Below, piece by piece: positions 45,201-58,600 of a stretch of DNA of 64,000 bases; the first letter of the stretch is position 1; each line of letters begins with the position of its first letter. Where the stretch lies: assembly GCA_964199315.1 (NCBI GenBank), contig OZ116698.1:21390001-21454000 (forward strand), given 5' to 3'. A model generated the notes under the pieces. The model did not search any database. It had not been told where the DNA came from and saw only the letters and a list, made by a program, of their open reading frames with translations. Both the position numbers and the translations under genes were made by a program. Source of the DNA: Orbicella franksi (taxonomy: Eukaryota).

Positions 45201-48200
45201 TTTTCCCTCGAGAAGGAGTCGGAAAGATGCGTCTTTTCTTCTCTCAGCTTCGAAAGTTCTCGGGACATAGCCTCGAGCGTGACATTTAACAATTCTTTCT
45301 CATGTTCCAGTTTTCCTGACAGTTCATCTTTGTCTCTCTGGCTTTGTTGAAGTAAAGCATCCTTCTCTCTTAACAGCATCTCGTTCTGCGTCCTCAATTT
45401 CCTTTCCTCGTCCAGCAACTGCTCTTTCTCTGTGCGGAATTCTTTCTCCAGTTTGTAAAGGGAATCTTGCAGTTCCTTCTCACGAGTTGACACTTCCGCT
45501 GTTATCTTAGCCTGGTATTCAAGACGGAGTTTCTCTTCCATTTCCTCTCTGTAGGTTTTAAATTTTGCCTCCATATTCAACTTGTCTATTTCAGAACGTT
45601 CTATGAGTTCAAGCCTGTGTTTTTCTCTCACATCTGTCAACTTCATTTCTAACTCATACTCTATCTTTCGGCGTTCTTCAGTATAACGGTAGGTCAATTG
45701 CTCTTTGGTCCTTTCAATCGTCCTATCTAAGTCGTGGATCCTGCTCTCCAGTTCCGACTTGTTCCTTGTTAGGGTAAGTATCTCGGAGTTATACCTCTCC
45801 TCGATTTGAGTATACCTCTTTTTCTCTTCCTGTATTCTTTTGTTGTAGTCCTCGATAAGCTGCTTCTTTTCTGCCAGCAATTGCTGTTGCAGGTCGTTCT
45901 TCTCCTTTTCAAGTTCTTTCCGTACCTTCTCTATCTCCTTGCTGGTAACCTCTCTGAAGCACTGCTCGCGCTCATAGCGAACTGTGTTTATCTCGTGTTT
46001 GTAGGTTTGTTCGAGTTGGTTCAGTTTTCTTTCACACAGTTCTCTTTCATTTGTTGCTTCTTCTTTCAAATCCTTTAACTGCTTTTCGTAATCTTCCTCT
46101 AAAGTTTTCTTTTCCCTTGTAAGAGTTTCTCTTTCTTCTCGATGTTTGAACTGGATCTCGTCTGTTTTTCGTTTCCATTCTCTGCTCTTTTCTTCAAGAA
46201 TGTAAGACTTCTGTTGCAGTTCTGATCTCAACGTTTCAGCCTTCTTTCTTTCAGTCTCGTACTTCTCCATTAAGCTTTGTAGCTCAAATTTGAAATGCTC
46301 CTCGTTTCTTTTCTTTTCTTCAGCAGCACACTCGACAGAATCTTTGAAGCGTCTAATAACGCTCTCTTGCTCACTAATGACCTTTTGCAGTCGTTCCACT
46401 TCCCCAAGTGCCTTGTCTTTTTCACTGACGAATTTTCCCCTTTCGGTCTCGTGAGTCTTTTTGAGTTGTTCTATCTCGCGTTTAGACGTTTCCTCTGAGT
46501 CTGAAAGCTCTTTAGCAAGTGAATCTAATTCTTCTGTCAGCCTTCTGTTCAGATACTCAAGCTCTGTTATCTTTAATTTTAAGTCGCCGTTTTCTTGGTG
46601 AAGCTTGTTCTCCTTGGCTGTCAAACTCTCAAGTTGAGAACGTGAGCGGAACATTTCGTTGAGCATCTCACGGTTTGCTATTTCCAGCTCCACAGAAACC
46701 TTTAACTTCGTCTCGTAGTCTTTTATTTTCAAGTTGAGCTCGTTAATCTCCGCCTTATTTTGCTGTTCATTCTCGTTAGCAAGTCGTTCAGCCTCTTCTA
46801 ATTGCAAACGCAACTGTTCTGATACATTATTCAACTTTCTGTTTTCGTCTTCAAGCTTCTCAATTTTGCTTTTAAACGCGAGGAGTTCCTTCTCCCATTC
46901 TAGATTTTGTCTGGTAGCTTCCTCTTCGAGTCTTGCCACAGTTAACGTCAGCTCTCCAACCGTCACAGTAAGCTCCTGCTTCTCTTTTTCCAACATCTCA
47001 TTAGTTGATGTCTGATCTTCCAGTTTCTTTTTCAAACTAGCCACAGCATCCTCGTGTTCACTTTTTCGGTCATTCATTTGTTTTTCGTGACTGTTCTTTA
47101 AATCTGTCATGTTGTTTACATGTTTTTCCTCGGCATTGCTGTACTTTCTTTTCCAATTTGTCACTTCCCTCAAAAGCTCTTGAATTTCATTATGTAGCTT
47201 GCCTTTCTCCTGGACTTCTTTGTTCAGCTCGTCTTGAAGTTTCGATACCTGTGACTGACACTTCGATTCTGTCTCCTTTCGCTCTTTGATAATCCGTTCT
47301 TCGTAATTACTTATAATCTCCTTCTTGGTCATTTCAAGACTTTGTATCCGACCAAAGAGACCCTTCTTTTCCTTTTCCAACTCGGAGATTTTTTGCTTTA
47401 GCGCGGCTACCTGAGCATCAAATTCTTCCTGACTATCTGTTAGGTTGTTTCGTACTCGATCCAAATCTTTTTCTGTTGCTGCCAGTTGCACGTTTTTCTG
47501 TTCAAGCTCTTCTTTCATCTGCCCAATAATTTCCTTGAGATTGGCCAGTTCTCTCTCATATTTGATCTTATTGTCTTCCATCCACTTCTCTCGTTTCTTT
47601 GTTTCTTCTTTCAGCTCAGCTGTTTCTGTTTTATGACGAGCAGTTTCTTCTTTGTTCTTCCTATCCAGATTTTGGCAACTTTCTGCTAGTCTCTCGTTTT
47701 CTTTTGTAAGCTCTGTTATCTTCAGATCATTCTGGTTTTGCAACTCCCTGATCTTGCTCTCGAGATCTCTTACGGTTTGCTCTAGTTTAGAGATGACAGC
47801 CTCTTTTTCGCTTTTCAGTTGCTGTAACTTCTGGTTGTGTTGGGTCTTTAACTGTTCTATTTCCTTTCTGAATTGTTTTTCGAGCTCGAAATTCTCTTTT
47901 TTGAACTTTTCAGTCATCTCTTCCTTCAAGGCTTTTATCGTTGTCTCATACTGCTCTCTTAATTTTAATGTTTCTTTACGGAGTTTGTCAAGCTGTGCTT
48001 GTAGTTTCTTTTTCTGCGCCTCGAGCTTGTCTTTTTCCGCTGTAAAATGGGAATTTCTCTTCTCAAAATCTTGAAGCAAATCTGTAATCTTCATTTCGTA
48101 CTTCTTCACAATTTCGCTCTGTCTCTCGATTAGTTGTTGTTTTTCATGGTCGAAGTTTTCTTCAAGCTCGCTCTTTTCTTTGTCACACTTCTCTTTTAAG

Positions 48201-50620
48201 GTGGTTTTAATTTCTGTGATTTTAGCCTTGTAGGTCTCTTCTATTGTTGTACATTTTTTGGTCAGTTCTTCTTCTTTCCTTGAATGAATCTCTTTTAAGG
48301 CTTCTTTTTCTTCCCTTAGTTTGTCCAGTTTTAATTTCAGGTCATCTTGCAAATCGGTTATTTTCTTTTCGTACTCAGTTACAGTTTGTTCGTGAGTTTC
48401 GGTTAACTGATTTCTTTCATCAGCAAATTCCTTTTCCGCGTCTTCCTTTTCCTTCTCATATTTTTGTCGCAGTTCTTTCTTGGTGTCTTTTATGAGCTGT
48501 TCATACTTATCGATACTGTTAGACAACTCTTCCCTTAAACCTTGAATCTTCTCTTTGTACTTTTCCTCATGACTCTCCATGGCGGCTTCTAAATCTGCCA
48601 ATTTCTTCTCGTATTTCTCTTTGATTCCAGCTATTTGTTCTTCGTATGCTTTCATTGTGCTTGCATTGGAAGCTTTCAGTTCCTCTATCTGTTTTGAAAA
48701 GTTTGATTCTAGTTCTGTCTTTTCTTTGTTGCACTTTTCAGTAATTTCTTCTTTAAGCTCCTTTATTTTCAATTTATGCTGTTTCTCTGACTCAGCCATT
48801 TCTTGTCTTAATGCCTCTATTGCTTTCTGGTGTGACTCCTTTAAGCTCTTCCATTCATTTTCCATCTCCTCGACTTTTGCATCCAGTTCTTCTTGGAGAA
48901 TGACAATCTTTTCTTCGTATTCCTTTACCACTGCATTGTGTGATTCTATCAAGGTAGTCTTTTCTTTGGCCAATGTTTCTTCCATTTCACTCTTTTCTTT
49001 ATTGAATTTTTCCGTCATCTCGTCTTTCGCATCTTTCAGTTGTTTCTCATGACCCTGTTTCAATGCCAGTATTTCTTGTTCCAGTTTTTCGATGTTGGTT
49101 CTATTGGTCTCTTCCAGTCGTTCCTTTTCTTTCTCTATCTGAGCTATCTTAACTTCGTATTCTTGCTGCATGCTAGTGATTTTGGTTTCATAAGCTTTGA
49201 TCTCCATCTTATGACCTTCAATCAGTTCTTCTCGCTCTTTCATAAAGTTTGCTTCAATCTCGTCTTTCTCTTTTTCCAATTTTTCTAACAGCTCTTGCTC
49301 CAGAACTTTCATGTCTTCTTTGTCCTTTTGTTCAAGGGTCGTAAGCTTCTCCTGGCACGATTCAATTTCCGCAGCATGTTTATCTATTAACTGTGTTTTC
49401 TCTGCCTCCAATTTCGTAATAGCCAACTTGTTTTCCTTTCTTATTTCTTGGATTCGGACTTCACTTTGCTGGATGAGTTTCTTGTATTTGGCGATCAATT
49501 CTTGCTTTTCTGTATCGAACTCGTTTTCCATATCATTCTCCTTCTGTATGTACTCCATCTTTAGCTTATCCTGAAGTTCCTTCATCAATAAGTTGTGGTT
49601 TTCTTCAAGCTCTTTGCACCTCCTCTTCAACTCTGCTATTTCCTCCAAAGAACTATTGTAACTTGCCTCAAATTTATCCTTCTGAGTTTTGAGTTGTTCT
49701 AACTGTTCTTCGTATTGCTGAGTGATAGAAGTTATCTTAGCCTCGTATTCTTCTAGAGCCTTTTCGTGTGCTGCTATAAGCGACTCTTTCTCTTTTGTGC
49801 ACGCAGCTTCCATCTCACCCTTTTCTGCTTGGAACTTTTCCGTAAGCTCAATTCTCAAGTTGGCCAGCATTTCTTCGTATTGCTTTTCAAGAGCAGAGCA
49901 TTTCTCGCGCAGTGTTGTTACCTGTGTAGTGAGGCTAGCATTTTTCTTTTCTGATTTTTCTTTGTCGATTTTTAGTTGCCCTAGCTTCGTTTCGTAATCT
50001 TGCTGAATCTGCACTATCTTGATCTCATATTCCTTTGTGCTCTTCTGATATGTCTGCAACAAGGCCTCGTTTTCCGCTCGCAGAATCTGTATCTGTTCCT
50101 CGAAATTATCTTGCATTTCATCTTTTTCGCTCGAAAACCTTGCCTCCATCTCTCCCTTCTCCATCTTGCACTTGTTCGTGAGCTCTCTCTTTACATCTTC
50201 AATCATTCTAAGATTCTCTATCTCCATGGCGGAAATTTTCTGTTTGAGTCGTTGAACTTCTCTTTGGGACTCATTGTACTTTTTCTGCCAATCGTCTCTC
50301 TCTATTTTAAGTTGCCCGAGTTTGACTTCGTAATCCTGGATGATCTTTGTTTTGTTAAGCTCATATTCGGTGACAGATTTTTGGTACATATCGTTAAGGG
50401 CTTTCTTCTCTCCTTCCAGCGTTTTTATCCTTTGCTTGAGGGACTCTACTTCTGCACTGTTATCCATTGGAATTGTTCCCACGACCTCCATGTCCCAAGT
50501 TCCCCCTTGGTCTTCCATTGGCATTTCGTTGGTGACCACAGAGTAGTTAGTAGGCTCTACGTAGTAAGGACCTCCCCAACCATCTATTGGTTGTGACTCA
50601 TGAATTTCGACTCCAGACAT
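42287..50620 (-). CDS. Giant coiled-coil protein B (about 2139 aa), no recognisable catalytic domain
   Basis: Exon 44468-50620 (2051 codons, donor AAG|GTAAAT), exon 42856-42990 (ASDRSSKYSNNDTLQSNNDRLEKEFEKLGEKLDHLNDRKTEVMQE) and terminal exon 42287-42418 (ADDQTAYSGGNSS...PGPNYYF*). All junctions are phase 0. E/K/Q/L-rich sequence. Confidence 0.85.
43592..43870. mobile_element. Palindromic interspersed repeat in a gene B intron
   Basis: Hairpin 43592-43705: AACAATTATTCCAT..TTGGATATGAAGTGAT..ATAACCAAC / GTTGGTTAT..ATCACTTCATATCCAA..ATGGAATAATTGTT. Confidence 0.7.
47840..50386 (-). repeat. Nine degenerate protein-level repeats of 91-94 aa (first unit 112 aa) in gene B
   Basis: Recurring H/Y-x6-YE-x-KI...E(L/M)TEK(F/C)xxEKxE(L/M)ExxFxxE(K/R)xxL pattern. 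Unit lengths counted as 112, 94, 94, 91, 91, 91, 91, 91, 94. Confidence 0.75.
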
Positions 50621-51698
50621 CTCGGTTATTTTCTTGCTAACTGAATTTAGACGATGGCAAAAAATTTATACGTGGATTCAGTAAATTTATAACGATCGTT
50701 GCAAATAGCATTATTTATTTAGAATCATTATTCTTAATCTTTGCAACGATATTCTAAAAATAGGTTGGTGTACCCTGCTACTCCTGAGAAATCCAATGAG
50801 TTAATGGCTTAAAGGGACATAGTGAGCTGGCGCACATGCTCATTAGATACCATTTTATAGCTAATTTCCAAACTGTTTTTAAGCAAATATGAAAAAATAA
50901 TATCATAGGATGACCAAAAGCACACTCAAAAACAGATTTTTCAGTAAACGATTGAAAATCAAGTTAAACACTGCGAAGATTGAAGCGGATTTCTAGATGA
51001 ACTCGACGGGTATCTTTGATTTTAGGTTGAGCTGAACTCTTTTCAGAAAAAAAGTGTCCAGGTCAACGCGATCCCAAAGCTGAATGTGTCCCTTAAATTG
51101 ACCACATCGCGCTGTTACATATTTTAAATAGCATATCTGCGCAAAAGCAACCATCAGATGTAATGTATGAAAAAAATCAAATGTCGCCAACATCTTAACA
51201 CGTACAGTGTATTCCACTAAAATCTTTTTTTTCGGTCCATCACAAATATCAAGGTTTAATGGAGGGCTTACAGTTAGAGATAGGTCTATGCTGAGATATA
51301 TGTTTGATTGCATCTAAATATTTCATGGTAAAATGGTTTTTAAAAAAAAGATTTTTAGAAAGGAAAACGTCAAAAGAAAATTTAAGTGTTGAGATTAACA
51401 ACAAATATTTTGTCTGAATATTTCATTAACCATTGATAAACAGTTGCTTTTTAAACAAGTATGTTCTGCGGACTAATTTTCGAGATAGGAAATGAGTACC
51501 TGTACTTTGAAATATTGATTGAAATGGGCATATTAATAAGACATTCAAAGCTAACCTCGAACCATTTTTACTCCTTCAGCTATACCAAAATCCTAACCCT
51601 AACCTATTTCGTGACATGTAAAATGATTATGTCCCGTTATATTGTACAAATGCTATACTGATGAAGCCAAAGCTTTTCGCATATTGTAGCTAACTTAC

Positions 51699-51980
51699 CT
51701 GAGTTAAAGTTCTGGTGTTCCTTCTTTAAATTTTGATTCCTTGGCACTCTTTTTTGCGCACTATAGCTACATCTTTATCAAAACTCTCTTATCAAATGCT
51801 TTGGAAATTCAAACTGTTAAGAAAGACTCAGTTGTTTGAAACTCACGGTAAACAGCGGACAAAAAGGTCGACTCTGCTGTTACAACTGGAAAGGCTTGTT
51901 GCAGGATGTAAACAGTTCGGTTACAATTTATGTTAATATTTTTAGCGGTACCAAATTAATACAAGACATCAGCCAATCAG
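51699..51980 (-). promoter_or_regulatory. Candidate promoter and 5' UTR exons of gene B
   Basis: Donors CC|GTGAGT (51846) and CAG|GTAAGT (51698), acceptor GCTATAG near 51761, acceptor TTCAG at 50641 (20 nt upstream of the ATG), and a CCAAT element AGCCAATCAG at 51971. Motif-based inference only. Confidence 0.35.
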
Positions 51981-53159
51981 AATAGCGTTTGAATTCCCCT
52001 TATAACAGGTCACGCGGTGCTGTCACTTGATTATATGAATAATGATGATAATGTATTACATAAGCGCGCGGGGACTGCCTGAACCGTCAATGAAGGTTGA
52101 AAATTTCTCAAATTTCTATATTGAATCATTTTTTAATTTGTTTTTCTGATGATGAAATACGTGACGGTTTTAACAAACTTTTAAACTGAGACTGGAAGAG
52201 AAATATCTGCCAACTGAACCTCATGCAATCTAATTGAAAGCCGTAGGGTATTAAAAATACGTGAAACCACAAAGTCCTGGGGACATTTGGAAGAATAAAC
52301 TAAAGCCAGTTGCTACTTTTGCTTTCCTTCCTGTTAAGGACGTTACGGAGCTTCCTCTGTACATCTGTATCATTACCCATTAGCCGGTACCATTACTGTT
52401 CCTACTCAAGGGTATAATTTCTCATGTTGACTGGTTGGTCATGATGTTATATTAAAGGGAGGTAATTGCTATCTAAAGGGGCGGTACCGGTTTCTGGATT
52501 TAGACTACAGGTGGTTTGGTTAATTCTAATTGAACCCCAGCCAAATCAACCATCCAGTGGTTAATCCTCTCCACAACTGAGAATCTGAAGTAACATATCA
52601 CTATGTAGTCCAATTACCACCAACTGACGCGTTTCCGATGAGCGGACGCTGCCTCGTACGTTTTCAATACAAATAATTAGTTTTTCGTTTTGTGAGTCCA
52701 TTGAAGAACTGTAAAATCTTTAGAGTTCGCGCTCTAATAGAAACTGATTGATGTTGTTAATGAAACGATTGTTGAAGGGGGACAAATTGACGTCTAAAAC
52801 GAGCCGATAATGAACAAGGAAGGTGTTCGCAATTACACTTTGATATCTCCCTTTGGAAAATAAGGAAAAATCTTATCGGCGTTTTCCTAACGGTCATTGG
52901 CAAAACTGAAAACGGAATGTTTTTTAAAAAAAAATTATAATAAGGTTGGGCTGATACCTCGCACTCGCTCCAAACCTTTCCGTACATCCCAGTTAAAGCG
53001 GCTTAGGGCTGAAACTGTTTTCGGTTCAAGAACTGTGAAGGGCAATGAAAATTTGTTTGGGGCCGAAGTGTTACATCTTGCCGGGCCTATCTTGGTCTCT
53101 GCACAAATAAGCGACGTGAAGTATTTCGTCTTCCCCTCGATGGGGTGTTAGTCCTTCAT

Positions 53160-53290
53160 AGGGTTACCCACAACATTAAAATTCGCCGGTACCCATTTAT
53201 CCACCTGGGGAGAGAGAGGCAATGTGAGAGTAAAGTAACTTGCCTAAGAACATGAGGCAGTGACCCCTGCCAGGGTTCGAAGACGCACTC
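53160..53290 (-). mobile_element. SINE fragment, reverse orientation
   Basis: GGGTTACCCACAACATTAAAATTCGCCGGTACCCATTTATCCACCTGGG..GTGAGAGTAAAGT..CTTGCCTAAGAACA..CAGGGTTCGAA is the reverse complement of the SINE head and body. Confidence 0.7.
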
Positions 53291-54827
53291 CTTGAACAGC
53301 AGGTTTAAGCTTATAAGACTTAATTAGATGTGGAATTGGAATAGAAAATGCTCCAATTATTTGAATTACTTATCTGCAGAAAACATTCCCAGAAATTAAT
53401 TAAGTACGTAAAAAAGTAATTGATTGATTAATTGATTGATTGATTGATTAACTCGAAGATCGATAGCTACACTAGAGAAGACAAAATTACATCGATGTGA
53501 CTACTCTGAAAACCCTTTATTTACCTTGAATAATAATAAAAGTAAAAGATGTCCGATAGCGCTTAACAGTGAACAAATTTCTTAACTGGTTACCTAAGCT
53601 ACAAATTACAAATTATAAAACAATAAATTACAATCATATTATAGCAAAATTTCAATTCAAACAATTCAATTAGAAATGCAATAAAATCCTTGACAATAGG
53701 ATGGCCTACGACTCAATTATACAATTCAATTATATATTTAAAGATATCAAGTTAATTTCAATAAAACAAGAAAAAAATAACCCATTATATTTGGAGACTG
53801 TCAATCAGAACTTGACTTCTAAATATACTAACTATTACTAGCGTAATATACCAAAAGAACTACAGTGGCTTATTTGTTGAAAGGCATTTCATAGTCAAAT
53901 GTCTCAAGTTTCTAACTGAAACACAGGCATTTACGGAATCAATTCAGCAGCATTTTCACCCTGCATAACAAACCAAAAAAACGAATCTAATCAGTCTTAT
54001 ATTAGTCAAACTAGTCGGTTTTAAAGCGTGTACCTCAAGGAACACGTAATTTACCATCTCTAAGAAAATTCATTTTCTATTGCAAAAGGTCACGAACCAC
54101 GGCTTTCTGATCTCTGTTTCTGTTCGGTTTCAGTTTTATTAATATATTTTGACAAACAAAAAAGTGTTCTACTACACCCTCACCTTCCCATAATGGCCAG
54201 TTCTGTACAACGGACGCTTCCCTCTGTCCACAAGGTGGCTGTTGTGGAAAGGTTCGACTGTATATTTATCAAGATAGTAAAACAACTCTTCAACAAATCA
54301 ATTTTAACTGACTTACATTGTTAACCCTAATTTCATAACTTCCTTGACGCCTCGTTTTAAAACACTGGATCAAGATATTTATAACATTAATCGGGGCAAC
54401 AAGCAAAGTTTCAGGATATCCCCAAAAAGGTAACCGAAAGATTTTCGATTGTAATTATCCTATCAGAAACATCAAGAATCATGGCTGAAGTGACACCTAA
54501 GCTCCATACCATAGCAAGAATTCTTGTGTTCAATATTTTCCCCAAAAAGAGTGCCCCAAGGCAATTCTTGGACAATAAAGTCCATCTGAGGACGGTATTT
54601 GTCTCTCGAGTGAAAAAGATCTTTTAATTGCTGTATACACTACCGAAAGGTAAAGATATCATTTTCTGGCGCTATTTCTTAAGATTAGAAATCTGTCGGA
54701 GTAGCGCGCGGGATTTGTACTTAAATAGATTCCTAGTTAATACCCACTTGCGACAAATTTTATCACGAAACGTGATGGCGTCACTAGAGTTGACGCAAAG
54801 CTATTCAACACACCCATAAGAAATACA

Positions 54828-54969
54828 TAGAGCGATTTTCAATTGAGTGTCGTAAAACCAAAACCAAAACCAATTAGACTTCTCAGGTAATCTCAAACTG
54901 TAGTAAAACCAAAACCAAAACCAAAGTAATTGTCTAATTACTTTCGACATTCAACTGAAAACCGCTCTA
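54828..54969. mobile_element. Short MITE with TA-flanked inverted ends
   Basis: TAGAGCGATTTTCAATTGAGTGTCG versus CGACATTCAACTGAAAACCGCTCTA; internal AAAACC repeats. Confidence 0.75.
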
Positions 54970-55673
54970 TAGCGTTAAACTAACATATCCTATCCCAAAA
55001 GGAGCGGAATGCGCTACTTCTCCTTCTTTTTTTATGTCTTAACAGCTGCAAGACACGTATTTCATCTTCACTTTCCATCATGAAATACATGGTAAAGTAA
55101 ACAACCTAATCTATATAACCTCCTCAAATTACTGTAACTATCCAAATGGACTCGCTCAGTAGAACAAAATGAAGTATTTTGCAGACGCACCTCTTTAAAA
55201 AACATTCTCAAAAATTGAGACAATAAATAGCAAAAGCGTATCAACATGTAAAGCTCGAACAAAGCGTTATAGCTTAATAAAATTTCCTACAGAAAAATAA
55301 ATTTAAATAATCTTTTAACGTCAGTGATACAATCAAAATTCCCCTTGGAGATCATCTTTGCAGAGCGTGTCAAATCTTATGTCCGGTGGTGTAGTTTTTT
55401 GACTCTACTTCCAATAATTGACTACTAGCTTTAGTTCCTTGTCATTTTTATACATCATTACTACGTTAAAATCCCGCTCTTTGTCACTGCGAGACTTAAA
55501 TGGCGCCTTTTTTGTGCATTTGATGAATCTGAAGTCATTTCAGGTGGCATTGTTGGTACTAATAGCGATAATTCTCATGTGATATTTTTATTCTAGTTTT
55601 TTTTTTTTCCTGAAGAATAATTCATTCTTGTCTTCGTCCTATGTAGCTAAGCCGGAGCTTAAATTGTTGATAA

Positions 55674-58600
55674 TCATGTTAGCTGGGGAGTCGATTGCTG
55701 ATTCTCTCCTGCACTAAAAGAAGTACTTTTCATGTCTTCTGAAGTGAAATTCCCACCCTCGGTACTCTTTACAAATCGCGTATTTTCGAGATGGCTATTG
55801 GCCGAAACATTTCTGCTTCCCAGAGAAGTTCCCATTGCTTGGTTGAACGAGTCAGTGATTGTTGGCTCACTTTGCCGCTGGCCAGTACCCGTGCCTCCAA
55901 CGACTCCTCCGCTGGATAGTCCACCAGAGCCTGCCAATGGCCTTCCAAGTGCATCCGAAATGCTTCCTGTTGCGTGCATGGTGTATCGAACCCTTTCTAG
56001 TATATCGCCATACGATTGTCCAGTACCTATCAAAGACTGGCCATTTGTTGTGTTAAATATGGGACAAAGGTTTGGCTGAAACACCCTGCTCTCAGATCTC
56101 ATGCTACCAATGTTTGGACCAAGTGAAAAGTCGTTAGCTCCTCTGATATCTGACTCTCCGTAGTATCCTAGATTTGACCGTAGCACATCGTTTCTGCTTA
56201 TGCTCTGTAGACGAACGTTGTAAAATACATTACGTAAGTGTTGACGCGACAAACCAATTTCAACATTACATAGTAGGTGCAATGTGTTACTTAATGTATT
56301 CGAACCTCAGCGTTTTTGACTTGATAAAGAAAAAGTAGACATGCATTCTGCTTCTTGTAACTTTGGTAGACAGAGAAGAGAGATTAAAACGAGTCTAAGA
56401 TTTGTTTAGTTATATAAAGTGCCTCACCCACTCCTCCCTAGTAGCCGCCTCCAAATCCTTGTTACGTGTTTCCAAAGTCCTCAGTCTGTCTCCCATAACT
56501 CTGAGTTCTCTCTCAAGCCTCTCCGTTTTGGCCTGAAGTGTCATGTTCCTTTGCTCCATTAAGTTAATTTGGTCTTTATACTGTCGAACGTCGGATTGTG
56601 ATGACTGATGGGATATCTCAGAGCTAGCCTGTTGAGAAACCAAATGAAAAACCTTTCAAAAAAGCATCATCAAACACTTTTAAGCAACTTCGTCTGAGTG
56701 ATTTATTAGTGAACTCACCAAAGCATTTTTAATTGTGTTTGCCATCATATGTTTCCCAATAACATCAGTTCTTTTCTCCATTTCTTCCCTCGCTTTGCTA
56801 AGCTTTCGTTTCATCTCCAGTTGTATTTTCTCCAATTCGTCTTCAAGCTCTTGTTTTTCGTTTTCAAGAGTTTCTTTCAATTCAGTTCTTTCTCTCTTCA
56901 GTTTATTAATTTCTTGCTGAAGTTCTCTAATCTTCTCCTCCATTGGGCGTTTCTCGCGATCTACTCGCTCGAAGAACTCTTGTTCCATTTGAATTACTAC
57001 TCTGTTTCTTGACAACTGCTCTGTTCTTGGACTGGAATTTCCCGACAACTCGTTCTTTAGCAACTTTTCCTGAATTTCTTTTCTCTGATCTTGCAAGAAA
57101 GAGATTTGCTTTGTTAAGGCCTTTACTGTTTGCTCAAATTTTTGTTTTTCATCATTCAACGTTTTTCTGTATTCCCGTTCCATTATCATCTTTAACTCTT
57201 CCTGGCTTTGGATGAGGGTCTTTTCGGCATTGCGCTTTTCTTCCAGGTATCGCGTTTTCTCACTCTTGTGTTGCATTTCCATTTCTTTGAACTTCCGTTC
57301 CGTTAATGACATCTTTCGTCTAAATTCATCGATTGTTCCTTGTAATCTTTTCCTTTCAGAAGCCAACCGTCCTTCGTTATCTTCTCTTATCCGAGATAGT
57401 TCGTCATCTTTATCTCTTGCAACTCTATCGCGCAAATTGTTCTTTTCTACCTCATGAATTCTGGTAAGCTTCTCCACTTCCTTTTTGTAACAGTTCTTTA
57501 ATTGTTGTTTCTCGCATTTAAGAGCATTGACTTCCTTTGTGAGAGCATGTATTGTTTCCATTAGCTTCCTTTTCTCGCTTTGCATCTGGTGTTGCAATTC
57601 TCTTTTTTCCTCCTCAAACTTTGAATGTTGATCTCTCAGTTCACCTTGGAAATTTTGCCCCCTTCTACGCATTCTCTCATTATCGTCCGTACCATATTGC
57701 TTTCTTTGTGGAACCGACATATCAGCCATGTTGCCAGAAGCATTTTGATTTCCATGCTCAACCTGGAAAACATTTCCTTGTCTTGGCATCCTGCTTTCTT
57801 CGTTAAAACTGTATTGATTCTTCTGTGTGCCAACAACAGCATCAAAACCACTTTGATTGCCCTGTTCAACTAACCAATTTTGCCTTGACATCCGAGTATC
57901 ATCGTCAAAATCATATCGGTTCCTCTGTGTGGGTGACACGCCAACCATAGCTTTCGAACCATTCCGTTCCGCAGTGCGAAGTCTTTCCTCGAAGTCGGCC
58001 CTTTCTTTGAACAGCTTGTCACTAAGAAAGTCTTGGTCTTTTCTGTGTTTTCTCTTCAAGTCGTCTATTTCGTCTTCAAGCAAACGACGATAGCTTGTGA
58101 GCTTCTCTTTGGCCTCTCTCACCTCGTCCTCTAACTTTGCCTTTTCCCTTGAGGCACGATTTAAAATTTCTCTCTTTTCTTCGTTGAATCTTCTCTCCAT
58201 TTCTTGAATTGTAGTCTCTGGCTCCCCTTCCCTAGACTGTCCATTATAGTTTTCTCTTCTCGTAATACTGGATTCGAAAGCCATTGTATCCCTTGCTCCG
58301 TTATCCCTTATTCCACTGGTTGATAGTGGCCCCCAGACTGTGTTTTTGACATTGCTATCATTTCCATATGTTCCTGGGGCATTTGCCGACCTTGCATCTC
58401 CCCCCCGGATGCTAGACTCAACGTCTCGAAGCCGCTTTTGTAGACTGCTGTTTTCCTTTTCAAAGTAATCTTCTAACGACTGTTTTTCTCTCTGAAACTC
58501 TTCTGACATTCGTCGCTTTTGTGCTTCAAGGTTCCTGAGGTCATCTGCATGCTTTTTATTGACATCTCGTAGCATTGCCTCTAGGTTTTCAACTTCTTGT

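Noticed and set aside
50810-51101. TTAAAGGGACA...TGTCCCTTAA possible Kolobok-like MITE
   Set aside because: The inverted match is only about 8 bp and is offset by one base.
52621-52665. GAAACGCGTC hammerhead-like 3' half on the minus strand
   Set aside because: The CUGANGA core is absent (reads CGTACGA) and stem I does not pair.
50641-55674. Idea that genes A and B are a single spliced gene
   Set aside because: Gene A ends in a phase-consistent terminal exon with a stop. The acceptors before gene B are phase 1 or 2 while A's donors are phase 0, and B has its own candidate 5' exons. Read-through cannot be excluded without RNA data.
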